Shown piece after piece: positions 1-8,236 of a stretch of 47,048 nucleotides of DNA. The number at the start of each line of letters is the position of its first letter. Within the stretch, counting starts at the first letter, position 1. The stretch spans positions 1 through 47,048 of the forward strand of contig JAYSWB010000029.1 of NCBI GenBank assembly GCA_043718245.1, in the 5' to 3' direction. Both the position numbers and the translations under genes were made by a program. The notes beneath the pieces are model-generated. The model was not told the DNA's origin. It did not search any database and saw nothing but the letters and a program-made list of their open reading frames with translations. The DNA comes from a bacterium. Lineage in GTDB: Bacteria > Patescibacteriota > Minisyncoccia > Phycocordibacterales > CAIZLB01.

Positions 1-84
1 TGAAAATATTGTTCTCATATTTCTTTTGTTATTTGTTAATCTTAACAAAAGAAAACAGTTTACACAGAAGTCTGTGTCTACTAT

Positions 85-546
85 ATGGGGTACGGATCAT
101 ACACAGGAGGAGACACAATCGGACCCACGTATCAAAACCACACAGGACATAAAGAGGCGGTGAAAGTTATTTATGATCCAGCTAAAACTACTTTTAAAAA
201 ATTAACACAATTTTTTCTAGACCACATTGACCCAACGGATGCGGACGGGCAGTTTTTTGATAGAGGGTCGATTTATAAAACTGCGATTTTTTATAAAAAT
301 GAAGAGGAAAAATCGGTTGCAGAAAGTTTAATAAAAGAATTGGAAGATAGTAAGTTATACGACAATCCGATTGTAGTTCAAGTTCTTCCTGATTCACCAT
401 TTTATACCGCCGAGGAGTATCACCAAGATTATGCCAAGAAAAACCCAGCACATTATTATGCGTACAAAGATGGATCGGGGAGGACAGAATTTCAAGCGAA
501 GGTTTGTACCATTCGCGAACAGAAGGGGATCGTGTGGAAGGGTTAA
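85..546 (+). CDS. msrA: MsrA-like peptide-methionine (S)-S-oxide reductase, N-terminally truncated
   Basis: The translation has the MsrA core (GY..YTGG..PTY..H.TGH.EAVKV.YDP, DPT...GQF.DRG..Y...IFY, EEYHQDY). The frame is closed by TAA at 43-45. No GCFWC catalytic motif is encoded upstream in any frame. Confidence 0.6.
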   Translation: MGYGSYTGGDTIGPTYQNHTGHKEAVKVIYDPAKTTFKKLTQFFLDHIDPTDADGQFFDRGSIYKTAIFYKNEEEKSVAESLIKELEDSKLYDNPIVVQVLPDSPFYTAEEYHQDYAKKNPAHYYAYKDGSGRTEFQAKVCTIREQKGIVWKG

Positions 547-552
547 AAGATT

Positions 553-1212
553 TTAATTTATTTGAATTCGAGAAAATAGAGCATTTGTTTCATTAATTGA
601 TATGTTTGAATTTCGAGTTACTTCTATAAATGAAAACATCGAATCTTTAGACAGGGCCATCACTGTGTTTAAGCGCAAAGGTACGTTAGATTCTGTTGTT
701 GTAAGATCAAGGGCGTTTCCTCTGTAGTAAACACCTTCTTTCTCATAAGATACTTTTCCATTAATCTCTATATTTGTTATATCAAAACCCATATATTTAC
801 TACCTCTCTCCTCAAAATATCCATCGATTGCTTCCTTGTTATTCAAGTTGCCTAGGTATTTTTTAGTTTCTTCGTAGCAAGATGATGTGATCCTCGTAAT
901 AGAAAAAGTTCCAAGGGATTGTTTTTTAGAATTAAACAAAAGCACGGCGTTCTTTTCGTAGTTCTCAACTTCCCAATCTTCTGGGATTTCAAAATTAAAT
1001 TTATAATTATAGAGGCGGGTTTTACCACTTACTTTAGAAATCTCGATTTCCTCTGTGGGCAGGTCTCCGCATTCGGGGTTATCTACAGTGGCTGATGGAA
1101 TAAATCTTGATGCGGCCAATTCAGGAGGAAGCCCTTTAAATAGGATCCTTATTGCAAACACAATTACCAATAGCATTAAAAGTCCAATAAAAATTCCAAA
1201 AATATGTCTCAT
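553..1212 (-). CDS. hypothetical membrane-anchored protein
   Basis: 219-aa ORF with one N-terminal hydrophobic helix (IFGIFIGLLMLLVIVFAIRILF). I recognise no family. Confidence 0.5.
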   Translation of the reverse strand: MRHIFGIFIGLLMLLVIVFAIRILFKGLPPELAASRFIPSATVDNPECGDLPTEEIEISKVSGKTRLYNYKFNFEIPEDWEVENYEKNAVLLFNSKKQSLGTFSITRITSSCYEETKKYLGNLNNKEAIDGYFEERGSKYMGFDITNIEINGKVSYEKEGVYYRGNALDLTTTESNVPLRLNTVMALSKDSMFSFIEVTRNSNISINETNALFSRIQIN

Positions 1213-1234
1213 GGAGTATATATTAACAGCAAGA

Positions 1235-3025
1235 CTACTTCTTCACAAACCTATCCGCCTGCATGTTATACAAACCTGCGTAGACGCCTTTTTTCTTCAA
1301 AAGTTTTTCATGACTCCCTTCCTCAATTAGTTTTCCTTTTTCCATAACGAAAATATGATCGCATTGTAAGATTGTCGAAAAGTCATGAGAAATTAGAATC
1401 GCCGTTATTGCACCCGACAATTTCTCCAACGAGTCGAATATTTTCGCTTCTGATTCAGCGTCTACCGAAGCGGTTGGTTCGTCTAAAATCATCACAAAGG
1501 CATCACGGTACACGATTTTAGCGATTGAAAGTTTTTGGCGCTGGCCTCTCGAAGGCTCTTTGCCTCCAAATTCCACTCCCAATTGCTGGTCGTATGCATT
1601 TTTCCATTCCTCAATAAAGCCATTAGCTTGGGACATTTCAGCTGCCTCTTTGACTTTGGAAACAACTAATTTTTTATCCGGCCTTCCAATAGCGATGGCC
1701 TCCTTAACTAAAAAGTCATAGTTTGCATAGTCTTGGAACATAATTCCAAGATATGACCACCACTCATTTGTTGAAATATCACGAAGATCCACCCCATTTA
1801 CTAAGATTCTTCCTTCTGTTGGGTCATAAATTCTACAAAGTAACTTAACAATAGTAGTTTTCCCCGCACCGTTATTATCAACAAGCCCTATTTTTTGTCC
1901 TGAAGTGAAAGTCATGTTCAAGTTACGTAAAGTCCAATTTTCAGATCCAGGATATTTAAAACTAACTTTTTCGAAGACTATTTTTGGGGGCACCTCAAGG
2001 TTGAGTGTTGTCGGATTTTTCGCTTCAATTACCACTGGCTTTGTTTCCATGAATTCGATTAAATCTTTGACGATTAGATGATTATCGTATTGGTTAGAAA
2101 TATTCATCAATAGAGTGCCGATCGAGTTCCGCACGTTTGAAAGAGTGCTTAACATATACACCAACGTACCAACCAAGACCTCACCTGTCATAACAGGCTT
2201 TAGTAATAAAAATAAACCAACAGCAAAACCCACGAATGCTAATAGATCTGCTAAAGATGTGTAAATGAGCTTTCTCCTTTCCAATTTTAACTGAGTGTTC
2301 CCGAAATCAGTTAAGATTTTTCTTATAGAGGAGATTATTCTAGGACCTGCTTGTAATAGCTTTGTCTCGATTAAGCTAACGCGCTGAAGCACATGTTGCT
2401 TTAAGTCGTTATATTTTCTTTGTTCTGGAGAATCTTTTCTCCAGATTAGCCAGGTCGAAGAAGCAAATTTTATATCGACAAAAAAACTTGGTATAGCAAG
2501 GACTATAACAATAAAATAAATTAAAAAGTCGAAATGGATAGCCAGTATCGTACCTACAACCAAGCCGGTGAATGATTGGAGAACGTCTAATTGACCATCA
2601 CTTAAATTGAAAATAGGCATGAAACCATTTCGGAATGTTCTTTGAATCAAATCCTGGAACTTTGGATCTTCGTAGCTCGCAATATCTATTTCTTCTCTGC
2701 GCTTTAAAACGAGAAGTTCAATTTCTCTAGTTAAAATTAGCGCACCCTTTCTTTTTATAAAGGATCTGAAGTTTCCAAGTATATTCGGCAGGGCAGTCAC
2801 GAATGTATACAGAATCAGTACGTATAAGATTGTAGTGTATGATCCATTTCTTGCTCCTTCTACAATCAAATTAACTAGGCGCCCTAATAAGTAAGCGCTT
2901 CCATATGGCAGAGCACCGCTTGTGACGACAAGAGCGAGAGCGACAGCGGTTTCCTTCGGTGCAAATTTAAATGCATAACCTAATGCAAAACCAACACTCT
3001 TTAAGTATTCTTTTGTACTTTTCAT
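1235..3025 (-). CDS. ABC transporter, fused permease/ATP-binding protein (exporter type)
   Basis: N-terminal half is multi-TM. C-terminal half has Walker A NGAGKTT, a signature-like SRGQRQK, and Walker B VMILDEPTASVD. Confidence 0.85.
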   Translation of the reverse strand: MKSTKEYLKSVGFALGYAFKFAPKETAVALALVVTSGALPYGSAYLLGRLVNLIVEGARNGSYTTILYVLILYTFVTALPNILGNFRSFIKRKGALILTREIELLVLKRREEIDIASYEDPKFQDLIQRTFRNGFMPIFNLSDGQLDVLQSFTGLVVGTILAIHFDFLIYFIVIVLAIPSFFVDIKFASSTWLIWRKDSPEQRKYNDLKQHVLQRVSLIETKLLQAGPRIISSIRKILTDFGNTQLKLERRKLIYTSLADLLAFVGFAVGLFLLLKPVMTGEVLVGTLVYMLSTLSNVRNSIGTLLMNISNQYDNHLIVKDLIEFMETKPVVIEAKNPTTLNLEVPPKIVFEKVSFKYPGSENWTLRNLNMTFTSGQKIGLVDNNGAGKTTIVKLLCRIYDPTEGRILVNGVDLRDISTNEWWSYLGIMFQDYANYDFLVKEAIAIGRPDKKLVVSKVKEAAEMSQANGFIEEWKNAYDQQLGVEFGGKEPSRGQRQKLSIAKIVYRDAFVMILDEPTASVDAESEAKIFDSLEKLSGAITAILISHDFSTILQCDHIFVMEKGKLIEEGSHEKLLKKKGVYAGLYNMQADRFVKK

Positions 3026-3089
3026 CCGACTATTTTAACATGAATTTCTGCCATGCTATACTTTACCCACACTAATAAATATAAAATTC

Positions 3090-4373
3090 ATGGGAGAACT
3101 TCCACAAAATTTCGATAGGTTAAAAGCGTCAGCGCAAGAACCACAAGTAGAAACTACTGCCCCAACAAACGAAGCTCAAGTTTTTGCTGACTTAAATGAG
3201 GACAACAAGGGATTTTTTGCAAAGCTAAGTGAGGGAAGCAAGCAGCTTGCAGGTTGGGCTTATGAAAAAATAAAAAATACCCCTGTAGTTGGCAAACTAG
3301 TCGGAAAGGCACAGATCGCATTCCATGAACATTGGATGAACAAGCATGAGGAAAAAGCCAATGGTTTGAAAGGGAGAATCGAAGAAACAAATGCAAAAAT
3401 TGCAGAAATGGAAAATTCGCATGCAGAAATTTCTGGAGCTCTAGAAGAATTGCGGGCTCAGAATGTTCCAAATATGAAATCGGTGGAAGAAAAATTACGT
3501 TCGATTGAAAATAATAAAAAGAAATTAGAAGGAACTAGAGATGGTTTCCAAGGTAAACTTGAGGCAAGAAACGAAAAAATGAAAATGCGGACAGAAAAGA
3601 GGGATGCTGTGGTAGATGAATTCATTTCAAAAGCCACTGAAAAACTTGACCTTGTAGAGAAAAAATTTGAAGAATTAAAAGATAGTAAAAACCAAGTAGA
3701 GCTTAAAGCTTCAATAGCAGAAGTCAGATATAGAAAACAAATTGAAGGATTGGATAAACAGCAGGATGCTAAAACTAAAATTGAAAATGCCCTAAAGAAA
3801 CTCGGTATGACGGATTCGGAAATACAAAAAGATCCAAGTTTGATCAGTCTTAACACCTCAATTACAGAAGGAAAGAAGGCGATTGAGAGCTCTAGGGCCG
3901 AAATGATAAAAGAGCGAGAAGGTATAGACAAGCAGGGTAGAAAAGTCGAACCAAAAGTAAGAAGCTTTAAAAATAAAATAGCAGAATTTCAAAGAATGAA
4001 AGAGAAGAGACCTTCAGCTGTTGGGGTGGAGGAAGCCCAAACGGCATATGAAGATGAACCAGAACCTGTAATTGAATCAAAAGTCGAAGCGGGTACCGAA
4101 GAGTTTTCTGTTAAAACATTTATCGAAGAATTCAATAAATTCCTTGTAGAAAAGTTTGGAAATAATAAGGAACCTGAGATGATAGACGTTAATAAATTTA
4201 CAGAAATTACAAAAGGCATTAAAGAGCTTGCACCGGATGCAAATATTCAATTTGATGAGTTCAGAAATATAATCCCGAGTTATTTAAAATCAATTGGGGT
4301 TGATAGTAAACGAGTGAAGGTTTTGCTCGGTGATTTTTATCAAGAAAAGATTTTCAAACCTAAAACTAATTAA
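3090..4373 (+). CDS. hypothetical coiled-coil protein
   Basis: 427-aa ORF, very K/E-rich with heptad-like composition. No catalytic motif recognised. Confidence 0.5.
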   Translation: MGELPQNFDRLKASAQEPQVETTAPTNEAQVFADLNEDNKGFFAKLSEGSKQLAGWAYEKIKNTPVVGKLVGKAQIAFHEHWMNKHEEKANGLKGRIEETNAKIAEMENSHAEISGALEELRAQNVPNMKSVEEKLRSIENNKKKLEGTRDGFQGKLEARNEKMKMRTEKRDAVVDEFISKATEKLDLVEKKFEELKDSKNQVELKASIAEVRYRKQIEGLDKQQDAKTKIENALKKLGMTDSEIQKDPSLISLNTSITEGKKAIESSRAEMIKEREGIDKQGRKVEPKVRSFKNKIAEFQRMKEKRPSAVGVEEAQTAYEDEPEPVIESKVEAGTEEFSVKTFIEEFNKFLVEKFGNNKEPEMIDVNKFTEITKGIKELAPDANIQFDEFRNIIPSYLKSIGVDSKRVKVLLGDFYQEKIFKPKTN

Positions 4374-4378
4374 AAAAC

Positions 4379-4645
4379 ATGACTGACGATCAAAACACAA
4401 CAAAACAAGATTTAAAAAACCAAATTCAAGCGCTGATGGCCCAAGTAGAAAAGGAAAATCAGGAAAATGCAGTGGTCAATAAGCAAATGATCAGTGAGGT
4501 TAAAGAATTGAAACAAAAAATCGATGTAATTGGGGCTGATATTGAGAAGGATTTAAATGAACTTGATAAGATTGAAAAAGAAACGGGGGATAAGTTGGAT
4601 AAAATTATTCTTGAGCAGGCAGAGGATGCTGGGGATGATTTGTAG
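4379..4645 (+). CDS. small hypothetical coiled-coil protein
   Basis: 88-aa K/E/Q-rich ORF starting 5 nt after the previous gene, consistent with co-transcription. Confidence 0.4.
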   Translation: MTDDQNTTKQDLKNQIQALMAQVEKENQENAVVNKQMISEVKELKQKIDVIGADIEKDLNELDKIEKETGDKLDKIILEQAEDAGDDL

Positions 4646-4658
4646 GGTTTTTTTGGGG

Positions 4659-4687
4659 CTCTCCCCACGTCTCGGGCGTGGGGAGAG
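4659..4687. terminator. GC-rich hairpin (11-bp stem) after the coiled-coil gene pair
   Basis: CTCTCCCCACG-tctcggg-CGTGGGGAGAG. A T7 run precedes the stem rather than following it, so this is not a canonical intrinsic terminator. Confidence 0.4.
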
Positions 4688-5099
4688 CAAGCAGTATGAG
4701 GGTTCCTTGGAAAATTTCATAGTCACGAAACGACCTCTCTGTATAGGGTTAACTTATAGCAAATTGTACGAAAGGGGGTTTCTATAAGAAACTCACACTT
4801 CTGTCTTTGAAAATAAACCATTGCTAGACTAAGGAATATTTCAAAGTAAGAAGGCCTTCCACATGGTCCCTCTAGATAAGCTTTGTCTATGAAGGGTTTC
4901 AGATAATCAACAATTTCAGCAAATTTATTTGGCTCTATATATTTATCTTTTACTGTAACTTATATGGTACTAACTATATTGAATCATCACCAATTTGATT
5001 AAAGGTTGACAGAGTGATATCTTTGTATTAGTTTTTGAATCAGAAAAAGCTGAAATCTTCAGCTACTTGATTCCTTAACACCAAACCAAAGGAGAAAGC

Positions 5100-6110
5100 A
5101 TGAAAAAGAAGAAAGAAACATTAGTGCTCGGAAGGATGTTGCAGAAGATCGCTCCTCGGATTGGAGCGAGTGTTCTTATGGAACCGGAATGGGAAATTGT
5201 TGGCCAGATCACGTTCAAGAGTGGTCAACACTCGTACTTTCGCTACAACACTCTCGATCTGAACCCTATGGGCGGTTCGGAAATCGCCCGTGACAAGGAC
5301 TATTCGAATTTCTTTATGAAGTCCATGGGCTATCCCGTTGTGCCATGCTCGAAGACGTTCTTCTCTGACCAGTGGGGAAAAGCGATTGGATCACCTCGAC
5401 GGAACATTGATGCCGCATATCGGCACGCACGAAAGATCGGGTTTCCGGTTATCGTGAAGCCAAACAGTGGCAGCCAAGGTGTCGGAGTCTCGCTCGTTCA
5501 CAACAAGCGAGAGTTCTACAAAGCAGTTCATTCCGTGTTTAAACGAGATCGGATAGTGCTCGTTCAGCAGCCAGTCCGTGGTAGGGATTATCGCCTCGTC
5601 GTCCTCGACAAAAAGGTGATATCGGCTTACGAGCGCATCCCGCTCAATGTTGTAGGCGACGGAAAGTCTACGATCGGACAACTCTTGAAAATCAAGCAAA
5701 AACAGTTCGTTGCTTCTAGCCGTGATACGAAAATAAAAACGGACGATCCACGAATTGCGATAAAACTGCTCCATCAAGGACTCAGCTTCCGATCGGTCCC
5801 TGCCAAAGGTCAGAAGGTCTACCTTTTGGACAATGCAAATCTGTCCACTGGTGGTGATTCAGTGGATGTAACCGAGAAGGTCCATCCAGCGTTCCTTAAA
5901 CTGGCCGTGGAGCTTACTCGTGACATGGGACTTCGCCTCTGTGGTGTTGATCTTATGATCGAAAGTGACATCAGTCAGAAGCCGAGTTCCTTCTGGGTTC
6001 TTGAGATCAACTCTGCGCCAGGCTTGGACCACTACGCTAAGATTGGCAAGGCACAAGAGCAGATCGTCGAGGATTTGTACCTTGAGGTTCTCAGACACAT
6101 GGAGCGCTAA
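5100..6110 (+). CDS. stand-alone ATP-grasp ligase, cyanophycin-synthetase-N-terminal-like
   Basis: Motifs PVIVKP..GSQG.GV, DYRLVVLD, NLSTGG and WVLEINSAPG. AGGAG-like RBS (aaaggagaaagcATG). G+C is visibly higher than the flanks. Confidence 0.7.
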   Translation: MKKKKETLVLGRMLQKIAPRIGASVLMEPEWEIVGQITFKSGQHSYFRYNTLDLNPMGGSEIARDKDYSNFFMKSMGYPVVPCSKTFFSDQWGKAIGSPRRNIDAAYRHARKIGFPVIVKPNSGSQGVGVSLVHNKREFYKAVHSVFKRDRIVLVQQPVRGRDYRLVVLDKKVISAYERIPLNVVGDGKSTIGQLLKIKQKQFVASSRDTKIKTDDPRIAIKLLHQGLSFRSVPAKGQKVYLLDNANLSTGGDSVDVTEKVHPAFLKLAVELTRDMGLRLCGVDLMIESDISQKPSSFWVLEINSAPGLDHYAKIGKAQEQIVEDLYLEVLRHMER

Positions 6111-6137
6111 TCTAATGCTCCTAGTCAAAAGTCAAAA

Positions 6138-6168
6138 ATGCTGGAGTTTCACCACTCCAGCATTTTTT
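6138..6168 (+). terminator. rho-independent terminator
   Basis: ATGCTGGAGT-ttcacc-ACTCCAGCAT followed by TTTTT, located 28 nt after the ATP-grasp stop codon. Confidence 0.8.
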
Positions 6169-6181
6169 ATATAATACATGC

Positions 6182-6649
6182 ATGGAAGAAACATTTACAT
6201 TAAAAGAACTACAAAGAATGGCTTCAGAATGTGTAGGATCTGTTCTTTACATACCCACAAAAAGTGAAGTTGATTATAAAGATCCGTCATTTCCCTTGGA
6301 AATAAATAAAGTCAATATTGTTACTATCCCAAAAGATAAAAACAGTGATCCATTTAAGTGGGTAAATATATGCATGGCTAAATTTAAAAATGATCCTGTC
6401 TGTGTTTTGGTTCCGGGAACCAGATTTGATGCTTACGGTACTCGCCATGGAAAAGGTGGAGGTTGGTACGATCGTTTTCTTTCTAAAATTCCATCTAGTT
6501 GGCTAAGGGTAGGTATTATTGATGTGGCAAAATTTTCAAGCTCTAAACTGACAATACAAGAATGGGATGAACCTGTTAATTGGATCATCGTCAGAGATGC
6601 TTTTTCCTGGAGTGTATATAAAGTCTCAGGCCCTCCGCATCGGCCTTAG
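6182..6649 (+). CDS. 5-formyltetrahydrofolate cyclo-ligase family protein (short)
   Basis: VLVPGTRFDAYGTRHGKGGGWYDRFL matches the family's PG.AFD..G.R.G.G.GYYDR motif. At 155 aa it is shorter than typical members. Confidence 0.65.
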   Translation: MEETFTLKELQRMASECVGSVLYIPTKSEVDYKDPSFPLEINKVNIVTIPKDKNSDPFKWVNICMAKFKNDPVCVLVPGTRFDAYGTRHGKGGGWYDRFLSKIPSSWLRVGIIDVAKFSSSKLTIQEWDEPVNWIIVRDAFSWSVYKVSGPPHRP

Positions 6650-6724
6650 TGGTGCTCTCGACAGGAATCGAACCTGTATCATAACTTCCGCAAAGTTACG
6701 TCCTATCCATTGAACGACGAGAGC
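6650..6724 (-). tRNA. tRNA-Arg (anticodon GCG), CCA encoded
   Basis: Folded by hand as GCTCTCG-TC-GTTC-AATGGATA-GGAC-G-TAACT-TTGCGGA-AGTTA-TGAT-ACAGG-TTCGATT-CCTGT-CGAGAGC-A-CCA. All stems pair. Confidence 0.85.
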
Positions 6725-6752
6725 GTCAAGTTAAATTACCATAAACTATAGA

Positions 6753-6789
6753 TAAATGAAAACGCCGGCGGACCTCTGGTCCGCCGGCG
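6753..6789 (-). terminator. rho-independent terminator of the 6801..7580 gene
   Basis: 13-bp GC stem ACGCCGGCGGACC-tct-GGTCCGCCGGCGT, followed on the minus strand by TTTCATTT. Confidence 0.75.
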
Positions 6790-6800
6790 TTGATTATCCG

Positions 6801-7580
6801 TCACCGCTTTTTCGCGGTTGACTTACTCTTTACAGGAAGGGGCTTTGGAATCCCATCCCACCACTTCAGGAGGAAGTCATCAGCTTCCTTGACGTATCCA
6901 TTCGGAATCTCTTCGGGCCGGAGTCCTTTTTTTGTTGTGAAGCTTGGACTCGGAACCCTTTCCTGAAGCCTCCTCCTAATATCCGCTGCTACTTGTGTTT
7001 GCAGCACTTTTACACCCTGAGGAGTGAACCCCTTGATGGTAAAACTGCCCCTCCATTCCAGCGGAATGAAAGCTTCCAGGTCTCCGACATCCTGGATCCC
7101 AATGATGGATGATGCGGGGGCCAAACCTTTCGGGTCCGCAACCCTCACATTGTTGACGTACTTCCTTTCAGGTTCCGTCAACCAAACGTGATAGAGAAAG
7201 TACAGATATCTTGACCAGAGATTCTCCCGCATCGTCCTTTGGGCGATGAGGAACGTGCTTGTTTTCTCGGTGACTATGGGTTGGGGGACACTAACGTCCA
7301 TTATCCAAGCTCGAAATGCCCGAATTACAATCGCCACTTTCTTGGGCTCAAATGAATCATCCACCTCAGGCCCTTGCCTTAGTGGTAATTTGGACGCCTC
7401 GTTTGGAGTCGAAGTCGTGACCTGGGCCTTGGTCTCCTCCGATTTGCGAATTCCGAGAATGTTTCGGACAATGTCCCCAATCAGACCCCATCCGTCATAT
7501 CTTCCGATTTGGTCACTAACGAGGAGTAAGAACACCCCAACTACAATCAGGCTCATTCTGTTTTTTGAGATCATTTTCAA
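6801..7580 (-). CDS. hypothetical secreted/membrane-anchored protein (higher-G+C cassette)
   Basis: 259-aa ORF with an N-terminal hydrophobic segment (LIVVGVFLLLV). About 30 of 60 G+C in a hand-counted sample. Has its own terminator. Confidence 0.5.
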   Translation of the reverse strand: MKMISKNRMSLIVVGVFLLLVSDQIGRYDGWGLIGDIVRNILGIRKSEETKAQVTTSTPNEASKLPLRQGPEVDDSFEPKKVAIVIRAFRAWIMDVSVPQPIVTEKTSTFLIAQRTMRENLWSRYLYFLYHVWLTEPERKYVNNVRVADPKGLAPASSIIGIQDVGDLEAFIPLEWRGSFTIKGFTPQGVKVLQTQVAADIRRRLQERVPSPSFTTKKGLRPEEIPNGYVKEADDFLLKWWDGIPKPLPVKSKSTAKKR

Positions 7581-7679
7581 GTATCCTTTCTTTTTTGGTG
7601 TGAAATTGCAGTAACAATAGATCAGTCAAGGATCATTGCTAGGCTGGATAGTAAAACACTTGGGTGTTGCTGTCAATAT

Positions 7680-8153
7680 TTAAAAACCTATAGAGTTCAT
7701 GACTCTATGAGAAAATGATCCACGGTGTTCTTCTTCAGGTATATGTTCTAAAAGATGAGCGCGGACCAATTCTGGGTCAACATCCCAAATCATTGGAATA
7801 TGAATTAGAGGGACAAGCGGTTTACTTGAACGGATGTACAGTACCGAAGGCATTTCATAGTGATCATTATTTTCAACCCAAAAAGAATGCAGAGTACCGA
7901 AAGGATAAAGTACATTATCGATTAATATCCCAGCGCCATTTATCTCAAACCTAACATGATCAGGCTCCTTGTTTGCAAAAAGTATCATGCACGCACCACC
8001 AACCAGTATTAAAATCGATAGAATGTAGTTATTAAAAAGAAGGGCAATAATAAAAGCTGATACTGTAATTATTCCAACAGCCCAGAACCAATCAGGGCTT
8101 TTTTCACGATGTTCATATTCATGATTGTGCCAGATAATAGGATCTTTCTTCAT
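7680..8153 (-). CDS. hypothetical two-TM membrane protein
   Basis: 157-aa ORF with two adjacent hydrophobic helices followed by a soluble C-terminal domain. Confidence 0.5.
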   Translation of the reverse strand: MKKDPIIWHNHEYEHREKSPDWFWAVGIITVSAFIIALLFNNYILSILILVGGACMILFANKEPDHVRFEINGAGILIDNVLYPFGTLHSFWVENNDHYEMPSVLYIRSSKPLVPLIHIPMIWDVDPELVRAHLLEHIPEEEHRGSFSHRVMNSIGF

Positions 8154-8236
8154 TTGATACTATTGTAGCATTGCCTTGTTGTGCTGGGAATGGAGTATAA
8201 TGGATAAGTTACTAATAACCCATATTAAAAACCACC

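Noticed and set aside
3458-3931. Antisense shadow ORFs such as 3154..3471, 3458..3931, 11594..12052, 15827..16201, 39624..40004, 40275..40601 and 45785..46033
   Set aside because: They lie entirely within, and opposite to, genes with clear family motifs, and have low-complexity Ser/Phe/Leu-rich translations typical of antisense frames.
4557-4787. 76-aa ORF in the track
   Set aside because: It overlaps the end of the preceding gene and runs straight through the 11-bp GC hairpin. Its composition is not protein-like.
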